DNA of 64,000 bases, from contig OX597815.1 in the NCBI GenBank assembly GCA_951406725.2, positions 125,364,001-125,428,000 of the forward strand, in the 5' to 3' direction. The position numbers and the translations under genes are program-made. This document shows, one piece after another, positions 1 to 10,607 of this stretch. The notes below the pieces were generated by a model, which was not told the DNA's origin, made no database searches, and was given only the letters and a program-made list of their open reading frames with translations. The DNA is from Octopus vulgaris (Eukaryota). The stretch's first letter is position 1. Each line of letters opens with the position of its first letter.

Positions 1-120
1 TATGAAAATTGACAAAGTATAGTACAACAGTTTTGCGATGGAATGGTGAATCTACTTTCTCATTCTCAGAAAAAGAAACGTTTTGGACTCACAACACATT
101 TAAATAATAGCAACTATCTC

Positions 121-211
<91 letters not shown>

Positions 212-324
212 TTGCTATTATTTAAATGTGTCGTGAGTCCAAAACGTTTCTTTTTCTGAGAATGAGAAAGTAGATTCACCATTCCATCGCAAAACTGTTG
301 TACTATACTTAGTCAATTTTCATA
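1..324. repeat. Fold-back inverted repeat: 120-bp arms (1-120 / 205-324) around a (TA)n(GA)n spacer
   Basis: 205-324 is the reverse complement of 1-120 with 2 mismatches by eye; the left arm may continue past the window edge. Confidence 0.9.
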
Positions 325-328
325 TCTA

Positions 329-385
329 GCGCATTGTGACCAGCGATGTGTAGCAACATCTGATAGCCTGGTCAATCACGGTGAT
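329..385 (+). mobile_element. 3' tail fragment of the tRNA-derived SINE seen at 2188-2490
   Basis: gcgcattgtgaccagcgatgtgtagcaacatctgatagcctggtcaatcacggtga is the near reverse complement of 2188-2244. Confidence 0.75.
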
Positions 386-488
386 ATATATATATATGTA
401 TATGTGTATATATATATATGTATATGTGTATATATATATGTATATGTGTATATAAATATATATATGCATATGTGTATATATATATGCA

Positions 489-883
489 CTAGCAGTATCG
501 CCCGGCGTTGCTCGGGTTTGTAAGGGAAATAACTATATAAGCATTTTTAGAGAGTTATAGCCAAAAAATAGCAAAAAAATGCATTAAAAATTGAAAAAAA
601 ATTCAGGTAAATTTTTTTTTAAATCGTTGACACATCGTAGATATTTTTAGAGAGTTACTTCCCTTATATAAAAGCAAAAAAAATGCATTAAAATGGAAAA
701 ACATGATGGTAAATTTTTTTAAATCGTAGACTCATCGTAGACGCACGCTAATACCCAGAAGGGCTCGATATGAATCACGACTATAAGATACCCGCTTTTG
801 ATTAAACTGCACCGCAAAATGTGGGAGTAGTTAGGAATCTAAATCGTAGTAGACAGACACACAACTTCACTCTTATATAAAGA
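489..883 (-). mobile_element. Non-autonomous Helitron, both ends present
   Basis: Minus strand starts TC(TTTATATAAG) at 883 and ends with hairpin CCCG-AGCAACGC-CGGG followed by CTAG (492-489). It sits between A (884) and T (488) with no TSD, the canonical Helitron signature. Confidence 0.85.
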
Positions 884-2054
884 TGCTTTTTTTTTTCAGT
901 CATAGAGTTAGATTTATGAAGGTCTTCAGTAGAAAATCCTTCGAATTCTGACTCGCTGCTTGATATAATGAAATTCGTATCCATTTTTTGTCAGAATTAC
1001 AAATTTTGAAAACACAATAGGAACAAATTTCGGAAAAAAATCTCCCATAATTCACGGAATTAAAATTAGACTTCGATTTTTGTACAAAACTGTAGTTGAA
1101 GTGTTTACGAAGTATAATACGTGTTTTCACGAATGTACTAAAGAGATTTGCTCTGGTATTCTCATTTAAATATGAATAGGTAAATTCGGGCGGCTTGGTA
1201 ACTATATATAAGTGTTGTCTGTTTATACATAAACACTGTTTCATACTGCAATTATATATACATATATCTATATATAATATTATATAATAAAATATATACA
1301 GAGTAAAATAAAAACCAATTTACCTTTTCTGTCCGTCCGTGTGTCTTTGCAAATGTGTTGGAATGATAAGTGAGTTGAGTTTTGGCGCCTTTTTTACTAA
1401 TAACAAACACACACGTGTTTGTATGTAGTTGTATGTGTATGTAGTTGTATGTAGTTGTATATATATGTGTATGCGTGTGTGTGAGGAATGACACACACAC
1501 ACTCACGCACGCACACATGTACATCAATGCTTTCGGAGTGATATGTTAAAATATTGAGTTTTCTCGAATTTTGTCTTAATTGGTGGCAAAATTGAAAGAA
1601 ATTTTTTATGGCATCACCCACTGAAGTACTCTGAAAAATCTTAGGTAAATTCTAATTGAAGAAATTGAGTGAGGAGTAAATGGTTATGTATTTATTTGTT
1701 TCTGTTTGCTGTGTTTTTTTTTATTTTTTTGGTAGTGGTCTAAATACTTTCAGTTTAGTCTTCCTCAAATCACTCTGTCGCTATTTACTTTCATTTTATT
1801 CGTTGCACACTGTGTGTGTGCGTTTGCGTGTGGTGTAAACCAGACTAAGAAAAGCATTTGACACACACACCAGAATGTGAGTTTTCTGTAAATTTTGCTT
1901 AATTGGAGTTTAAATTTTAAAAACTGGACCTGGCATGACACGATGCATTCTACTCTTAAAAATGCTAGGTAAATTGTAATTGAAGAAATCCTATATTGTA
2001 GATTTCCATAACTCCCAAAGGGAGGCAGATAAAATCTGCCTTTTATAATAAGAG

Positions 2055-2108
<54 letters not shown>

Positions 2109-2187
2109 GCATATATATATACACATATACATATATATATACACATATACATATATATATATACACATATACATATATATATATATA

Positions 2188-2490
2188 TCACCGTGATTGA
2201 CCAGGCTATCAGATGTTGCTACACATCACTGGTCACAATGCGCTTCGCATTGTTTTAGCCTTCAAATGACACCACCCCCACTGGCTAAGCGAGCAGGCCA
2301 ACAGAAGAAAGAGTGAGAGAAAGTTGTAGCGAAAGAGTACGGCAGAGATCGCCACCATCCCCTGCCGGAGCCTCGTGGAGCTTTAGGTGTTTTTGCTCAA
2401 TAAACACTCACAACGCCTGGTCTGGGGATGGAAACGGCGATCCTACGACCGTGAGTCCACTGCCCTAACCACTGGGCCATTGCGCCTCCA
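2188..2490 (-). mobile_element. tRNA-derived SINE (family A)
   Basis: Minus-strand head GGAGGCGCAATGGCCCAGTGGTTAGGGC with an A-box and a degenerate B-box. A near-identical copy is at 57105-57390; both lie in (TA)-rich microsatellite. Confidence 0.8.
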
Positions 2491-2571
2491 CATATATATA
2501 TATATATATATATGTATATACACATATACATATATATATATACACACATATACATATAGATATACACATAT

Positions 2572-4278
2572 TACATCGTCTTCCAATATAAAGGAAGATG
2601 ATGTAATAAAGGCTATTGATGAAATGAAAACAAACTCAGCCACTGGCCCCGATGGATTCCCAGCGATCCTTCTAAAAGTATGTAAGAGAGTCCTAGCAAG
2701 ACCACTGCAGTTCCTCTTTCAGAGCTTCCTTGCTTGCAACTGGCAAACTTCCAAGAAAACTGAAGGAAGGTAAAATAAGCCCTATTCATAAAGGAGGTAG
2801 CAGAGCGGAGGCCAAGAACTACAGACCTATCTCTCTGACCTCACACATCAGCAAGGTCATGGAACGAATAGTCAGAAGGAAACTAATCACCTTCCTTGAA
2901 GAAAATGACTTGCTGCCTAACACTCAACATGGTTTCTGACCAGGAAGAAGCTGCTTAACTCAGCTCCTACAACACTATGACTGGGTGCTGAAACGACTGC
3001 TCAACCACTCAAATGTGGAAGTCATATATCTCGACTTTGCAAAGGCCTTTGATAAAGTTGATCATGGAATGATATGTCACAAACTGCGTGATCTTGGCAT
3101 AGTTGGAAAATTGGGAGAATGGCTTCATGACTTTCTGAAGGATAGAAGTCAGGTGGAAGTAGCCAATTAACACGCAAATAGTGAGCGGTGTTCCGCAAAG
3201 CACTGTTTTGGGACCACTACTGTTCATAATGGCCCTCTCAGACATGCCCTCAGCCACGCAGAGAGCCACGATCACAAGTTATGCAGATGATACAAAAGTT
3301 TCACAGGCAATACAGAACCCTGAAGACACTAAGCACCTGCAATGTGAGCTGGACAAAATATACAAGTGGGCTGAAAAGAATAGCGTGCAGTTCAATGCTG
3401 AAAAGTTTCAAGCTTTATGCTATCAGCATGCAAAACTAAATGCAATACCCAATAAATACACTGGACCTGGAGGGACTGCAATCCCAGAGGCACAATCAGT
3501 GTGAGACCTGGGTATTTACATGAGTGATGATGCAACCTTTCATGTGCATGTTGCTAAATTGGCAATGAAATGTAGGCAGCTGACTGGATGGATTCTTAGA
3601 ACCTTTAGAACAAGAGACCAGGAAACCATGATGGTCCTCTGGAGGACACTTGTCCTAAGCCACTTTGACTATTGCTCTCAGCTATGGTCACCATCCAGTG
3701 TCAAGTTGATCACAGAACTTGAGGCGATCCAACGAAGCTACACGAAGATGATAGCCTCTGTGCAGCATATAAGCTATTGGGAAAGACTCAAGAGATTGAG
3801 ATTCTATTCCTTAGAGTGTAAGCGAGAAAGATATGCCATAATATACATCTGGAAGATCCTAGAAGGACTTGTCCCAAACTTTGGCATCAAGAGTTACACA
3901 AATGCCAGTACTGGGCACCACTGCATAGTGCCAAGGACTCCAAATTTGCCATCAAGATGTAGTACAAGATCCTGTGATAGCCTGGGCTCCCGAGGTCCAC
4001 AGCTCTTCAATATCCTCCCAAAGAACCTAAGAGACCTGCATGGGGTGGATGCAGATGGTTTTAAAATAAAACTGAATCTCTTCTTGTCAGGCGTCCCAGA
4101 TGAACCAACTTCACGGCAGGAGGTGCAGATGAGGGCAGCTGCATCGAAATCTCTCATGCACCAAATGGCAATTGCTAAAAAGCATTCGTGAAGTAAAATC
4201 ATGTAGCAACACCAAATGGCGGTGCCCCAGCATGGCCACAGCTTGTGAGCTGAAACTAGATAAAAATCAAAAAAAATA
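2572..4278 (+). mobile_element. 5'-truncated CR1/L2-group LINE, disrupted RT (pseudo-ORF2)
   Basis: Consecutive ORFs carry SATGPDGFP, NYRPISLTS..KVMERI, QHGF, YLDFAKAFDKVDH, SGVPQSTVLGPLLF, YADDTK and DYCSQLWSP. There is a frameshift at ~2730, stops at 2937 and 3502, and a deletion at ~3165; the 3' end is a stem-loop plus A-rich tail. Confidence 0.93.
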
Positions 4279-4321
4279 TACGTATATATATATACACACA
4301 TATACATATATATATACACAT

Positions 4322-4370
<49 letters not shown>

Positions 4371-4772
4371 CATATACATATATATATACACACATATACA
4401 TATATATACACATATACATATATATATATATACACATATACATATACATATATGCATACATATATATATATATATATATATAGTCAATAATAATAAAGGG
4501 CAAAATTAATTAATTAATTAGTAATTAATAATTTTACCAAGCAGTGTTCAGTATGTAAAAGGACCATTTATGGTAAATTTAAACATTACTTTATATAATT
4601 AGGGTTCAGCAAAAAAAATTTTGCTTTACCACATACCGAACTTTTAGAAATAGCAGCCAAAAACTTAGCTATTTCTTCAACTGTTAGAAGAGTCTCCCAG
4701 ACAATGTATACTCAAAAACAACTATATATATATATATATATATACATATATTTATATATAGTTATATATATA

Positions 4773-5172
4773 GGCATAGGAGTGGCTGTGTGGTAAGTAG
4801 CTTGCTTACCAACCACATGGTTCCGGGTTCAGTCAAACTGCGTGGCATCTTGTGCAAGTGTCTTCTACTATAGCCTCGGGCCAACCAAAGCCTTCTGAGT
4901 GGATATGGTAGACGAAAACTGAAAGAAGCCCATTGTATATATAATATGTGTGTGTGTCTGTTTCTATGTCTGTGTTTGTCCAACCAACATTGCTTGACAA
5001 CCGATGCTGGTGTGTTTGCGTACTCCGTAACTTAGCGGTTGGGCAAAAGAGAACGATAGAATAAGTACTAGGCTTACAAAGAATAAGTCCTGGGGTCGAT
5101 TTGCTCGACTAAAGGTGGTGCTCCAGTATGGCCACAGTTAAATAACTAAAACAAGTAAAAGAGGAAAGAGAG
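4773..5172 (+). mobile_element. tRNA-derived SINE (family B), full length
   Basis: Head GGAGTGGCTGTGTGGTAAG..GGTTCCGGGTTCAGTC, internal (TG)n and a tail matching the LINE 3' end at 4218-4266. Other copies lie at 51313-51680 (+), 39790-40160 (-), 49495-49880 (-), 22845-23065 (-), 27835-27995 (+), 28380-28700 (+) and 16545-16740 (-). Confidence 0.82.
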
Positions 5173-5327
5173 AGTATACATATATTTATGTATAGTTTTA
5201 TATATATATATACATATATATATAAATATATATACATACATGTATTTATAAATATATTAATATATATATATACATGTATTTATAAATATATTAATATATA
5301 TATATACATGTATTTATAAATATATTA

Positions 5328-5363
<36 letters not shown>

Positions 5364-5509
5364 GAAATGGATAAATGAGTTATCTTGTTACGGATTATTC
5401 AAAATTTAACCGATACCTGGGTAGCAAAAATCACAACAGAAAAAACACGGTTGAAGTTACGACCATGGGGTGTCGCAACCGTGCCTCAGCGCGGATAATT
5501 GAGTTTAAT

Positions 5510-5676
5510 ATATTTAGTGAAGGGAAGAAATGGAGCTGAACGAAGATTCTACAGAATTCCTTTTATTATTTTCTACTCAAGTTTCGAATTTGCGGCCTTT
5601 GAAACATGTGTAGAAAATAATAAAAGGAATTCTGTAGAATCTTCGTTCAGCTCCATTTCTTCCCTTCACTAAATAT
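5510..5676. repeat. Long hairpin (67-bp perfect arms, extendable to ~78 bp), probably an inverted Penelope pLTR end
   Basis: 5510-5576 is the reverse complement of 5610-5676. The inner part carries GAAAC-ATGT-GTA followed by AATAATAAA, like the 3' half of a PLE hammerhead. Confidence 0.8.
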
Positions 5677-6262
5677 CATCATCATCATCATCATCATCAT
5701 TTAGCGTCCGTTTTCCATGCTAGCATGGGTTGGACGGTTCTGCTGGGGTCTGTGAAGCCAGAAGGCTTCATCAGGCCCAGTCAAATCTGGCAGTGTTTCT
5801 ACGGCTGGATGCCCTTCCTAACGCCAACCACTCCGTGAGTGTAGTGGGTGCTTTTTACGTGCCACCCGCACTGGTGCCAGCCAGAGCTGGCAAACGGCCA
5901 CGAACGGATGGTGTTTTTTATGTGCCACCGGCACGAGGGCCAGGCGAGGCTGGCAACGAACACGAAACGGGGCGGTGCTGGCAACGGTCGCGAAACGGAA
6001 GGTTCTCTTACATGCCACCGGCACTGGTAACACATCTGCAATTTCCATTGATCGATTTCCATTGATCGATTTCGATTCTGATCCTCACTTGCCTCAATGG
6101 GTCTTCACAAGCAGAGTTTCGACATGCCACCGGCACTGGTAGCACATCCGCAATTTCCATTGATCGATTTCGATTCTGATCCTCACTTGCCTCAACACGT
6201 CTTCACAAGTAGAGTTTTGTGTCCCAAGAAGGGAAGGTATGCATACGTAGGCTGGCTCCATC

Positions 6263-6266
<4 letters not shown>
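5676..6266 (-). mobile_element. RTE LINE 3' UTR copy with (CAT)n tail
   Basis: Near-identical inverted copy of 9505-10080, including the same internal duplication. Confidence 0.9.
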
Positions 6267-6309
<43 letters not shown>

Positions 6310-6375
6310 CATGTATTTATAAATATATTAATATATAGATATATATATATATACATACATGTATTTATAAATATA

Positions 6376-6411
<36 letters not shown>

Positions 6412-6440
6412 CATACATATATTTATAAATATATTAATAT

Positions 6441-6643
6441 ATCATCATCATCATCATCATCATTTAACGTCCGCTTTCCATGCTAGCATGGGTTGGACGG
6501 TTCAACTGGGGTCTGGGGAGCCCGAAGGTTGCACCAGTCCAGTCAGATCTGGCAGAGTTTCTACAGCTGGATGCCCTTCCTAACGCCAACCACTCCGAGA
6601 GTGTACTGGGTGATTTTATGTGCCACCGACAGAGGTGCCAGAC
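6441..6643 (-). mobile_element. RTE 3' terminal fragment
   Basis: (CAT)n followed by ttaacgtccgctttccatgctagcatggg..ggatgcccttcctaacgccaaccac. Confidence 0.85.
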
Positions 6644-6855
6644 ATATACATGTATTTATAAATATATTTCGAATGGGCCTTGGTGCCCAAATCCTGAATT
6701 GAAAGACTTCGCCAGGTGGTGCTATTAAGTTAGACATGGCCTGGGCCAATACTGGCCAAAACCTTTCTAAGTTATTCTAAGTTATATATATATATATATA
6801 TACATACATGTATTTATAAATATATTAATATATACATGCATTTATAAATATATTA

Positions 6856-6886
<31 letters not shown>

Positions 6887-7002
6887 CATGTATTTATAAA
6901 TATATTAATATATATATACATACATGTATTTATAAATATATTAATATACATATATATATATACACATTTATATATATACACATATATATATATACACACA
7001 TA

Positions 7003-7052
<50 letters not shown>

Positions 7053-7054
<2 letters not shown>

Positions 7055-7866
7055 CATCATCATCGTTTAACGTCCGTTTTCCGCGCTAGCACGGGTTGGA
7101 CGGTTCGACCGGGGTCTGGGAAGCCAGGGGCCGCTCCAGGCTCCAGTCTGATTTGGCAGAGTTTCTACGGCTGGATGCCCTTCCTAACGCCAACCACTCC
7201 GTGAGTGGATTGGGTGCTTTTTACGTGCCACCTGCACAGGGGCCGGGGGGGTCCGGCATTGGTCGCAATCGGTTCGAGCTTTTAACGTGCCAGCGGCATG
7301 GGGGCAACTGGGTCCGGGGTACTTTGGGGATCCAGGGTACTTTGAATGGGTAGGGGGTATGTGGAATTGCTGCAGAAAGCATCCCGGGTCTTTGCAGTCA
7401 CAGCATATCTCCAGAGATCTCGGTCTTTCGCCATTGCCTCAGTGAGGCCCAATGCTCTGAGGTCATGCTTGACTACCTCATCCCATGTCTTCCTGGGTCT
7501 ACCTCTCCCCCTGATACCTTCAACTGTTTGGGAGTGGCACTTCTTCACACATCTCTCTTCATCCATCTGCAGCACATGACCATACCATCGCAAGCGTCGC
7601 TCTTGCACACCACATCTGATGCTTCTTATATCCAGCATTTCTCTTAGGATGCTTACACTCTGTCTTGCGTGCACACTGACACTACACATCCAGCGGATCA
7701 TGCTAGCTTCATTTCTTTCAAGTCTACGCATGTCCTCTGCAGTCACTGCCCATGTTTCATTACCGTGAAGCATGGCAGTTCGCACACATGCATCATACAA
7801 TCTACCTTTCGCTCTGAGGGAGAGACCTTTTGTTGCCAGTAGGGGTAGGAGCTTTCTGAACTTTGC

Positions 7867-7870
<4 letters not shown>
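7053..7870 (-). mobile_element. 5'-truncated RTE LINE (second subfamily with a shorter 3' UTR)
   Basis: ORF 7282-7914 reads WAKFRKLLPLL..LYDACVRTAMLHGNETW..RRLRWYGHV..RGRGRPRKTW; (CAT)n tail at ~7053; the 5' end abuts (TA)n. Confidence 0.92.
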
Positions 7871-7904
<34 letters not shown>

Positions 7905-7909
<5 letters not shown>

Positions 7910-10080
7910 CTCAAAATGTCTGGTAGTATCGGCTATATCCTAGTCACCCGTATAGTTAATCAGGTGATACACAAAGGAGTCATACCCAATGAATGGTGTA
8001 GCAGCATAATAGTCAACTGCTACAAAGGTAAAGGTGACGCCCTAGATACAAATAACTACAGAGGTATCAAGCTGTTGGATCAGGTGATGAAGGTTACGGA
8101 GAGGGTCATAGCCCAACTAATTAGAGAGAGAGTTAGTTTAGATGAGATGCAGTTTGGGTTTGTGCCAGGGAAAAGTACTACTGATGCTATATTCCTGGTA
8201 AGGCAGCTGCAGGAGAAATACCTAGCCAAAGATAAGCCCCTGTACCTGGCTTTTGTTGACATGGAGAAAGCCTTCGACAGGGTCCCCCGATCCCTTATCT
8301 GGTGGGCAATGAGGAAACTAGGGATAGATGAATGGTTAGTGAGAGCTGTGCGGGCCATGTATAGGGACGCTGCTAGTAGGGTGAGGGTTGGCAACGAGTA
8401 CAGTGAAGAATTCCGGGTAGAGGTAGGGGTCCGCCAAGGCTCAGTACTCAGCCCCCTCCTATTTATCATAGTTCTCCAGGCAATAACGGAGGAATTCAAG
8501 ACAGGATGCCCTTGGGAGCTCCTCTATGCTGATGACCTTGCTCTAATTGCTGAGTCGCTATCAGAATTGGAGGAGAAGTTTCAGGTGTGGAAACAAGGAT
8601 TAGAATCGAAGGGCCTCAAAGTCAATCTAGCTAAAACCAAAGTCGTAATCAGTAGGAAGGTAGACAAATCACAAACGCCTTCAGGTTGATGGCCCTGCTC
8701 GATCTGTAGAAAAGGTGTAAGTAGAAACTCTATAAGATGCACCAAGTGTAAGCTATGGACACATAAGAGGTGCAGCAATGTCAAAGGAAGGCTAACTAGG
8801 AAGATGGTTTTTGTATGTGGCAGATGCTCAGGAACAATAAACACTGAAAATGCTCTGAGACCAACTTCCGTCACTTTCCAGGGAGAAAAACTAGAAATAG
8901 TTGATAGTTTCCGTTACCTAGGTGACCAAGTCAGCAGCGGGGGCGGGTGTGCTGAAAGTGTAACTGCTAGAGTAAGAATAGCTTGGGCAAAGTTCAGAGA
9001 GCTCTTACCTCTGCTGGTGACAAAAGGCCTCTCGCACAGAGTGAAAGGCAGACTGTATGATGCGTGTGTACGAACAGCCATGCTACATGGCAGTGAAACA
9101 TGGGCCGTGACTGCTGAGGATATGCGTAAGCTCACAAGAAATGAAGCCAGTATGCTCCGATGGATGTGTAATGTCAGTACTCATACTCGGCAGAGTGTCA
9201 GTACCTTGAGAGAAAAGCTGGACCTAAGAAGCATCAGTTGTGGTGTGCAAGAGAGACATTTGCGCTGGTATGGTCATGTGGCGAGAATGGATGAAGATAG
9301 TTGTGTGAAAAAGTGCCACACCCTAGCGGTTGAGGGAACCTGTGGAAGAGGCAGAACCAGGAAAACCTGGGACGAGGTGGTGAAGCACGACCTTCGAACT
9401 TTAGGTCTCACTGAGGAAATGACAAGAGACCGAGACCTCTGGAAGTGTGCTGTGCGCGAGAAGACCCAGCAGGACAAGTGAGTCCATAACCCGTGGCTTT
9501 CTACATGGGATGGAGCCAGCCTACGTGTGCATACCTTCCCTTCTTGGGACACAAAACTCTACTTGTGAAGACCTGTTGAGGCAAGTGAGGATCAGAATCG
9601 AAATCGATCAATGGAAATTGCAGATGTGTTACCAGTGCCGGTGGCATGTCGAAACTCTACTTGTGAAGACCCGTTGAGGCAAGTGAGGATCAGAATCGAA
9701 ATCGATCAATGGAAATTGCAGATGTGTTACCAGTGCCGGTGGCATGTAAGAGAACCTTCCGTTTCGCGACCATTGCCAGCACCGCCCCGTTTTGTGTCCG
9801 TTGCCAGCCTCGCCTGGCCCTTGTGCCGGTGGCACATAAAAAGCACCATCCGTTCATGGCCGTTTGCCAGCTCTGTCTGGCACCTGTGCGGGTGGCACGT
9901 AAAAAGTACCCACTACACTCACGGAGTGGTTGGCGTTAGGAAGGGCATCCAGCCGTAGAAACACTGCCAGATTTGACTGGGCCTGATGAAGCCTTCTGGC
10001 TTCACAGGCCCAAGTAGAACCGTCCAACCCATGCTAGCATGGAAAACGGACGCTAAACGATGATGATGATGATGATGATG
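7905..10080 (+). mobile_element. Young 5'-truncated RTE-clade LINE: RT + C-terminus, 3' UTR and (GAT)n tail
   Basis: One reading frame ~7905-9481 (NYRGIKLL, QFGFVPG, FVDMEKAFDRV, GVRQGSVLSPLLF, YADD, FRYLG, LRWYGHV) broken only by TGA at 8687-8689, where the copy at ~58180 reads AGA. Confidence 0.96.
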
Positions 10081-10149
10081 ATATATAGATATATATATAT
10101 ATCTATATATCATCATCATCATCATCGTCGTTTAGCGTCCGTTTTCCAT

Positions 10150-10431
10150 ATTGACACACTTTCTGTGCCCTATCAGTATTTGCAAAAGGAAACCATCCTT
10201 TCTGTCTTCAACCTATGATACACACGGACTCGAGTTTCTGGGTATTGACCCGTCATCAGTGTGTGACAATCACGAGTTATCGATGAAAAGTAGGCCTTCC
10301 TTTGCAAATATATATCGATATCAGTGACTTTTCGTCACTGGATAAAGGATATCATCATCATCGTTTAACGTTCGCTTTCTGCAAAGGAAGGCCTACTTTT
10401 CATCGACAACTCACGATTGTCACTAACGGGT
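10150..10431. mobile_element. Penelope-like pLTR fragment with a head-to-head inverted partial copy
   Basis: 10264-10306 and 10380-10422 are inverted copies, and the left copy continues into the hammerhead. Inverted pLTR pieces are typical of PLE insertions. Confidence 0.6.
10221..10265 (-). ncRNA. Minimal type I hammerhead ribozyme (Penelope pLTR type)
   Basis: Minus strand: CACACA-CTGATGA-C-GGGT caat ACCC-A-GAAAC-TCGA-GTC-CGTGTG. The core is intact, helix III has a palindromic TCGA loop, and the cleavage triplet is GUC; the first helix I pair is an A.C mismatch. Confidence 0.72.
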
Positions 10432-10607
10432 GTTGGTTGTGATTTCTTTGATGTGAGTTCAAATTGTTACACACTGATATTGTATGTTTGTTGCAGGTTT
10501 CCCCGCACGGGTGAACCAAGATTCGTTGGATTGTGTAAATTATTGAATTTCAGTCACTTGTTCATTTACACCTGTATAATCCCCATCTACAGGAGGAGTG
10601 AAGAAAG

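Larger units (their letters stand above)
5235..6950. repeat. Interrupted AT-rich minisatellite, unit ~TACATGTATTTATAAATATATTAA(TA)n
   Basis: Units recur at ~5235-5330, 6305-6440, 6645-6670 and 6800-6950, separated by inserted elements. Confidence 0.75.

Noticed and set aside
885-984. MDTNFIISSSESEFEGFSTEDL, reminiscent of acidic transposase termini
   Set aside because: Too short, cut by the Helitron, and no TIR or catalytic motif was found.
2420-2490. tRNA gene (also ~4780, ~51315, ~57320)
   Set aside because: These are tRNA-like SINE heads without a closed cloverleaf or terminator, continuing into SINE bodies.
1765-4503. YIYI/CVCV/HTHT ORFs here and throughout the window
   Set aside because: They are microsatellite read-through or the antisense of LINE ORFs.
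9981-10010. CTGATGA as a possible hammerhead core (also at ~5768 and ~59770 on the minus strand)
   Set aside because: No GAAA follows the stem; it is a simple hairpin GCCTG-A-TGAAGCC ttct GGCTTCA-CAGGC in the RTE tail.
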